Assembly: GCF_000008645.1 (NCBI RefSeq)
Contig: NC_000916.1
Location: 150,001 to 182,000, forward strand
Direction: 5' to 3'
Origin: Methanothermobacter thermautotrophicus str. Delta H
GTDB lineage: Archaea > Methanobacteriota > Methanobacteria > Methanobacteriales > Methanothermobacteraceae
Length of the DNA stretch: 32,000 bases
Shown here: piece after piece, positions 27,153-32,000 of the stretch
Numbering within the stretch: the stretch's first letter is position 1
Layout of the letters: the number at the start of each line of letters is the position of its first letter
The notes under the pieces: model-generated
Database searches by the model: none
Told to the model about the DNA's origin: nothing
What the model saw: the letters and a program-made list of their open reading frames with translations, nothing else
Program-made: the position numbers and the translations under genes

Positions 27153-27698
27153 GTGGTTTTCATGCTCGAGGACATATATGAGAGGATAGTAAGGATCAGG
27201 GAAGAGGGCTGCAGGGAATGCCTGAAGGTTGTCTGCAGGATGGATGATTTTCAGTTCAACCAGCTCATGTCAAGGCTTGATCTTCAGATCGAGATAACAT
27301 CAAGGTACAGTCCACCGGTGAGGCCCGCCCTGGACCCAATGATATCAACGGAGCTCGGTGTCTATCGTGGCGATGATGAGAACATAGGTAGACTCCTGGG
27401 ATACCCTGAATGCTGCATCAGGAGTTTCTCAGAGAATACCCGGTACGCAATCGATGGGGAACATCTTGCAGAGGTCAGTGAACTTGATATCCCTGAGGGT
27501 AAATGTGCCATCATAATGCCATCGGGTTTCATACCATGCAGCCTCAGGTGCCAGGAGGCCTGGGAGAGGAAACTCATAGGCTTTGCAGACAGGGATGAAT
27601 TCAGGAGGATACTTGAACTTGAGGATGAACTCATGATGAGACTCCCCCATTTCCACCTGGCATATGATGAATACTTTGAGAAGATAGTCCTCGAGTAA
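27153..27698 (+). CDS. Cys-rich protein of unknown function (DUF483-like)
   Basis: Starts 2 nt after the reductase stop at GTG 27153, with AAGGT inside the reductase 3' end; the alternative is ATG 27162. It has eight Cys: CRECLKVVC, GYPECCIRSF, GKC, IPCSLRC. The DUF483 assignment is from memory. Confidence 0.7.
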   Translation: MVFMLEDIYERIVRIREEGCRECLKVVCRMDDFQFNQLMSRLDLQIEITSRYSPPVRPALDPMISTELGVYRGDDENIGRLLGYPECCIRSFSENTRYAIDGEHLAEVSELDIPEGKCAIIMPSGFIPCSLRCQEAWERKLIGFADRDEFRRILELEDELMMRLPHFHLAYDEYFEKIVLE

Positions 27699-27814
27699 AA
27701 AAACTATTATTTTATGGGTGGCCCTGATCCATCCGAGCTTTCCAGAACACCCAGGTATTACATTCTAACAGCTAATTTTTAAAGTTGTTCATACTTTTAA
27801 TCTTTTAATTAAGA

Positions 27815-27822
27815 TTTAAATA
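27815..27822 (+). promoter_or_regulatory. Putative TATA box for the CobN-like gene
   Basis: TTTAAATA in a ~190-bp AT-rich spacer, about 68 nt upstream of ATG 27890. Confidence 0.35.
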
Positions 27823-27889
27823 TCGGGCACTCTAAATTCTTTACGATTTTACATCAGTGAATTATGATAAAAGTCAAGGAGGTGAAAAC

Positions 27890-30800
27890 ATGAAGAGGTT
27901 TCTGTTAATTGCATTGATCCTGCTACTGATTTCAGTCCCATCGGTATCTGCAGCAGACAACAACACAACATCCAACACCACAGAATCAAAGATGCTGAAG
28001 GATACTGAGATGGTTGTGCTACTGACAGGCTGCGTTGTGGGCACGGTCGACCCCATAATGAATGAAGCCTACCGTAATGACCTCCTGCCCGCTGGCTACA
28101 ACTTCACACTGAAGATCTACACCATGGACACCTTCAACATCAACTCAACGGCATCCACCCAGTTCAAAAACGACCTTAAAACTGTGGACATATTCTTTAT
28201 CTTCACAAGACCCGGGTATCCAACGACCGGTATGAGTTACGGGACAGAATTCGATGCTCTGGTTGACCTGCAGGCCATCGCAGCCAGCCTAAAACCAGGA
28301 GCGCGGATATTCGTCCTGGGACCTGTGAAACCCAATATCACGGGTGTTAACGTGACGAACCTTCCAGCCTACGGGCCGGTGGCTGCGCCTGCACTCTCCC
28401 GTGAGAACATAAAGAGGACGCTCCTTGAGGTTCTCAGGCTCAGCGGAGCCGTGAACCTGACGGCTAATGATACAAAACTTGTGCCCGGGATGCAGGACTT
28501 CCTCTACCATCCGCTGGCACCGCAGGTCTACACAGACAGGGCACCCTACATGGACTGGTACATGAACACCACCCTCTACAGGCCAGGGGCCCCATGGGTG
28601 GGTGTGGCAATACTGAACCGGTACTACCTGTCTGGCAACATGGACGTCTATGAGACCCTCATCCAGAAGCTTGAATCCCGTGGACTCAACGTGATACCCT
28701 ACTTCTACTGCTCAGACCCCATCGGGGCATCAAGGCGCTTCTTCATGGTCAACAACACTTCAGTCATCGATGCGCTTGTTGCATGTGTCCAGTTCGGGTA
28801 CTGGCCAGACAACCAGACCATAACCTTCTTCACGGACCTCAACGTACCGGTACAGGGACCACTCCCTGTCTTCCTCCAGACATCCCTCGACGATTACATA
28901 AACAGCACACGACAGCAGGGACTCAGGGGCCTTGAATACTACTGGCTTTCAATGTTTGAGATGCAGGGACGTATAGAGCCCATCCTCATAGGCGGAAGCC
29001 GCATATCAGGTCCTGATCCACTGACAGGTGTCACCATCAAGGAGTACGTGGCCTATGAACCGGGTATAGACCAGCTCGTTAACCGCACACTCGCCTGGGT
29101 GAACCTCAGGAAGAAGGCGAACAGTGACAAGAAGCTGGCTATGGTCTACTTTGACAGCACCCATGATGAGGGAATGCCTGCAACCAACGGCCTCAACCTC
29201 TACAGGAGTCTCAGCAACATACTCCTCGCCATGAGGGCCGCAGGTCACAGCACCGGCAACGGAAACCTGACCGAGGAATACATCTATGAACTCATAAACA
29301 GGGCAGGCAGGAACCCCAGGAACATGACACAGACAGAACTCAGAAAACTCGTGGATGCAGGCTGCATAACCATACCGGTATCAGAGTACCTCAAATGGTA
29401 TTCTGGACTGCCAGCATCACTCAGAGGACAGGTGGAAGCACTCTGGGGACCCGCACCAGGAAACATCATGATATACAATAACAGCATAGTCATCCCCGGC
29501 ATCATGATGGGCAACATACTCTTGGCGCCCCAGCCGGTCTGGAAGTGGAACGGTACACTCAACAACGGCACACTGCCACCGACACACCAGTTCATAGCCT
29601 TCTACCTCTACCTGCAGAAGGGATTCGGGGCTGACGCCGTCGTCCACATAGGACAGCACGGGACACTGGAACTCCTTCCGGGACACGTGAATGCAATGAC
29701 AGAGGACGACTGGCCAAACACCCTGATCGGTTCGATTCCAAACATACACCTGCTCAAAATGGAGGACCCTCTGGAGGCGGTCATAAACCCCACCAAGAGA
29801 AGGGCATATGCTGTCACGATCTCCTACCTCATCCCACCGGTCATGAGGACAGAGCTTTACGGTGTCTACCAGGAACTCTCAGATCTCATGGGATCCTACA
29901 GCACAGCAGAGGCATCAGGAGACACTGACAGAATGAACAGCCTGGAGTCCCTCATCAGGGATGGTGTGACGAGGGCCGGACTTGAGGTAAGGCTCGGTGT
30001 GAACAGCTCCACAGCCTTCAGTGTCCTCAGAGACAGGCTCCATGAGTACCTCGAGGAACTTTCAGGGATACTGACACCCTACGGCCTTCACACCTTCGGA
30101 GAACTGCCAGACAGTGAAACCCTTGAGAAATTCATAGACGCAATAATATCCTTCGACCCTGCAAACAGGACAGCCAGAAGGGATGAGATAAGGAACCTTC
30201 TGATTATGAGCGCCAGTAATGAGATGAACTCACTCCTGAGGGCACTTAACGGTGAATTCATACAGCCAGTATCAGCAAGAAGCCCGGTCATCAACCTGGA
30301 GACCCTTCCAACGGGCCGCAACATGTACACCTTTGACCCCTCATCAATCCCTGACCCCGCAGCAGTGGTCATAGGATCAAGGGCTGCCGAGGAGATGCTG
30401 AAGCGCTACAGGAATTCCAGCGGTGGAAGGTACCCTGAGACAGTGGCCGTGGATATAGGTGATGTGATATCAACTGGCGGTCAGAGCATAGCAGCGATAT
30501 TCTACTTCCTGGGAGTCAGACCCATCTATGAGAGCGGAGCCCTCATAGGTACAGAGATCATACCCCTCAGTGAACTTGGAAGACCGAGGATAGACGTTGT
30601 GATAAGTGACTTCCACAACTTCCGTGGAGCAATCCCTGCCACCATGGACGTAATCGACAATACAATAAAGAGGATAGTGAACCTCAACGAGTCATCTGAG
30701 ATGAACTATGTGAGGAAGCACTACCTCGCAATGAAAGCAGGCATCTACGCTGAACTTGTCGCAGCAGGGATGAACACTTCCGAAGCGGATGCAAATGCGG

Positions 30801-31822
30801 ATAGACTTGCAAGGACAAGGATCTTCGGACTTCCACCCGGTGCCGACCCCCATGGAGCAGGTGTTGACAGGATACTCTGGTCAAGGGACGACTGGACTCC
30901 AGAGCAGCTTGCTGAGACATACCTCAGCTACTACTCCTATGCCTATGGAAGAGATTTAAATGGAGTCCAGAGCCCGAAACTCCTGGAGTCACTCCTGCGC
31001 ACAGTTGACACCACCATGGTCATAAGTCCCTACAGGGCACCCGGTGAGGGCACCTGCCTCTACAGGGTCTCAGTCACCGTGAACTTCATGGTGAACTACC
31101 TCACAGGGAGGAACATAAACAGCTACATTGCAAGGACAGCCTACGGTACACCCCTGATAAGGACACTGCAGGAGTCAACCTACGATGACCTTGCGGTGAC
31201 ACTGCTCAACCCGGTCTGGGTACAGGGCAAACTCCGTGAGGGGCCATCTGGAAGTGCTTCAATAGCACTGCAGGTGAGGGACCTGTTCACCAGCGACGCC
31301 CTGGTGGATGTGGCATCCCCTGATGTCTGGAGGAGAATAGCAGACACTTTCCTCTTTGACAGCTCTGTAAGGTCACAGTTTGATCCATCAGCCCTCCAGA
31401 TGATTGCAAGGTATGTGAGGCAGGCCCATACCAGGGGTCTTGTATCCCTTTCACAGGAGGAACTTGTAGCCATCTCAGAGATGCTCGGTGAGAAATCCGG
31501 CTCTGATGGAAATGACCAGGGAACCACCACAACACCACATGGCGGTACAACCGGCGGTTCAGCCACATCAGGCGGAAGAACAGGCACTGGGTCCCCAGGG
31601 CTATCTCCAGGTGTATCAGGTGCCATATCCATGGATTCACAGTCCAGCGGAGCAGCATCAGCTTCTCCGGGTGAGGGACAGGAGAGGGCAGGACGCTCCT
31701 ATGAGATATCAACACCCACGGCTGCGAAATCATCAGGCACCCAGCTATACGCCATTGCAGGCATAATCGGGCTATTCTGTCTCCTCGGAGTGGGCTACTA
31801 CTTCGGTCCCATGAGAAAATAA
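27890..31822 (+). CDS. CobN/ChlH-family (chelatase large-subunit-like) protein with a signal peptide and a C-terminal membrane anchor
   Basis: ATG 27890 is preceded by AAGGAGGTGAAAAC; the track starts at GTG 27857. Signal peptide MKRFLLIALILLLISVPSVSA. CobN blocks FGADAVVHIGQHGTLELLPG and LRALNGEFIQPVSARSPVINLETLPTGRNMYTFDP. The C-terminus has a G/S/T-rich linker and one hydrophobic helix. Confidence 0.85.
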   Translation: MKRFLLIALILLLISVPSVSAADNNTTSNTTESKMLKDTEMVVLLTGCVVGTVDPIMNEAYRNDLLPAGYNFTLKIYTMDTFNINSTASTQFKNDLKTVDIFFIFTRPGYPTTGMSYGTEFDALVDLQAIAASLKPGARIFVLGPVKPNITGVNVTNLPAYGPVAAPALSRENIKRTLLEVLRLSGAVNLTANDTKLVPGMQDFLYHPLAPQVYTDRAPYMDWYMNTTLYRPGAPWVGVAILNRYYLSGNMDVYETLIQKLESRGLNVIPYFYCSDPIGASRRFFMVNNTSVIDALVACVQFGYWPDNQTITFFTDLNVPVQGPLPVFLQTSLDDYINSTRQQGLRGLEYYWLSMFEMQGRIEPILIGGSRISGPDPLTGVTIKEYVAYEPGIDQLVNRTLAWVNLRKKANSDKKLAMVYFDSTHDEGMPATNGLNLYRSLSNILLAMRAAGHSTGNGNLTEEYIYELINRAGRNPRNMTQTELRKLVDAGCITIPVSEYLKWYSGLPASLRGQVEALWGPAPGNIMIYNNSIVIPGIMMGNILLAPQPVWKWNGTLNNGTLPPTHQFIAFYLYLQKGFGADAVVHIGQHGTLELLPGHVNAMTEDDWPNTLIGSIPNIHLLKMEDPLEAVINPTKRRAYAVTISYLIPPVMRTELYGVYQELSDLMGSYSTAEASGDTDRMNSLESLIRDGVTRAGLEVRLGVNSSTAFSVLRDRLHEYLEELSGILTPYGLHTFGELPDSETLEKFIDAIISFDPANRTARRDEIRNLLIMSASNEMNSLLRALNGEFIQPVSARSPVINLETLPTGRNMYTFDPSSIPDPAAVVIGSRAAEEMLKRYRNSSGGRYPETVAVDIGDVISTGGQSIAAIFYFLGVRPIYESGALIGTEIIPLSELGRPRIDVVISDFHNFRGAIPATMDVIDNTIKRIVNLNESSEMNYVRKHYLAMKAGIYAELVAAGMNTSEADANADRLARTRIFGLPPGADPHGAGVDRILWSRDDWTPEQLAETYLSYYSYAYGRDLNGVQSPKLLESLLRTVDTTMVISPYRAPGEGTCLYRVSVTVNFMVNYLTGRNINSYIARTAYGTPLIRTLQESTYDDLAVTLLNPVWVQGKLREGPSGSASIALQVRDLFTSDALVDVASPDVWRRIADTFLFDSSVRSQFDPSALQMIARYVRQAHTRGLVSLSQEELVAISEMLGEKSGSDGNDQGTTTTPHGGTTGGSATSGGRTGTGSPGLSPGVSGAISMDSQSSGAASASPGEGQERAGRSYEISTPTAAKSSGTQLYAIAGIIGLFCLLGVGYYFGPMRK

Positions 31823-31832
31823 ATTCTATTCC

Positions 31833-31844
31833 TTTTTATTTTTT
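31833..31844 (+). terminator. Oligo-T terminator after the CobN-like gene
   Basis: TTTTTATTTTTT begins 11 nt after the TAA stop. Confidence 0.5.
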
Positions 31845-32000
31845 GGCTCTAAGAACCGAACTAATTCTTACGCATTATGTGACTTACCTAATAAGTGTAC
31901 TAGCTCTGAATCTTCTAGGTAAAGACTTTTGGTGGTTTACCTAAATTACACTGAATTAGGAGAACCTTCTGAAAAGATGCGGCCTGAGACCTGCCTCCAT

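Noticed and set aside
27699-27889. Cobalamin or other riboswitch upstream of the CobN-like gene
   Set aside because: I see no B12-box-like core or conserved multi-stem structure. The spacer is simple AT-rich promoter sequence with only a 5-bp dyad.
31956-32000. Possible 3' end of a minus-strand gene entering from beyond the window (…MEAGLRPHLFRRFS*, stop at 31956-31958)
   Set aside because: Only 15 codons are visible and nothing is recognisable. I cannot distinguish it from chance, so it is not listed as a feature.

Overview
By gene content, this window looks like gene-dense core chromosome from a thermophilic Methanobacteriales methanogen of the Methanothermobacter type. I support 29 protein-coding genes or gene pieces. 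I found no rRNA, tRNA, CRISPR array, transposase, integrase or phage gene. Start codons were refined by eye using the strong Shine-Dalgarno signal (GGAGGTGAT-like, 3-8 nt upstream). The supplied ORF track often starts at upstream TTG or GTG codons.

Gene order, left to right:
- 3' end of a family-B DNA polymerase
- HAD hydrolase
- an uncharacterised AAA+ ATPase with a membrane/coiled-coil partner
- ExoIII-family nuclease (Mth212 type)
- an iron operon: a DtxR-FeoA fusion regulator and feoB, with a DtxR-like operator
- acetyl-CoA synthetase, broken by one in-frame TAG, followed by an AceTr/SatP acetate channel
- thermosome subunit
- F420H2-oxidase-type flavoprotein FprA and a small orphan ORF
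- a QueG/RdhA-like Fe-S protein
- a divergent peptide-deformylase-like protein directly downstream of cyclic 2,3-diphosphoglycerate synthetase
- a UPF0058-like protein
- hisD, then aspS-cbiC-hemL
- two membrane-anchored orphans, one with a faint LCP-like pattern
- a PTA-fold methanogen marker protein, uppS, tatD
- a CMD/AhpD-family protein
- the archaeal riboflavin pyrimidine reductase, tightly coupled to a Cys-rich DUF483-like ORF
- a 1310-codon CobN/ChlH-family protein with a signal peptide, many N-glycosylation sequons and a C-terminal membrane anchor

The candidates I rank highest are the surface-exposed CobN-like protein, the PDF-like metallohydrolase in an organism that should not need deformylation, the reductase and DUF483 pair, the in-frame amber codon in acs, and the ATPase two-gene module. 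All homology statements come from motif recognition by eye. No database search was run.
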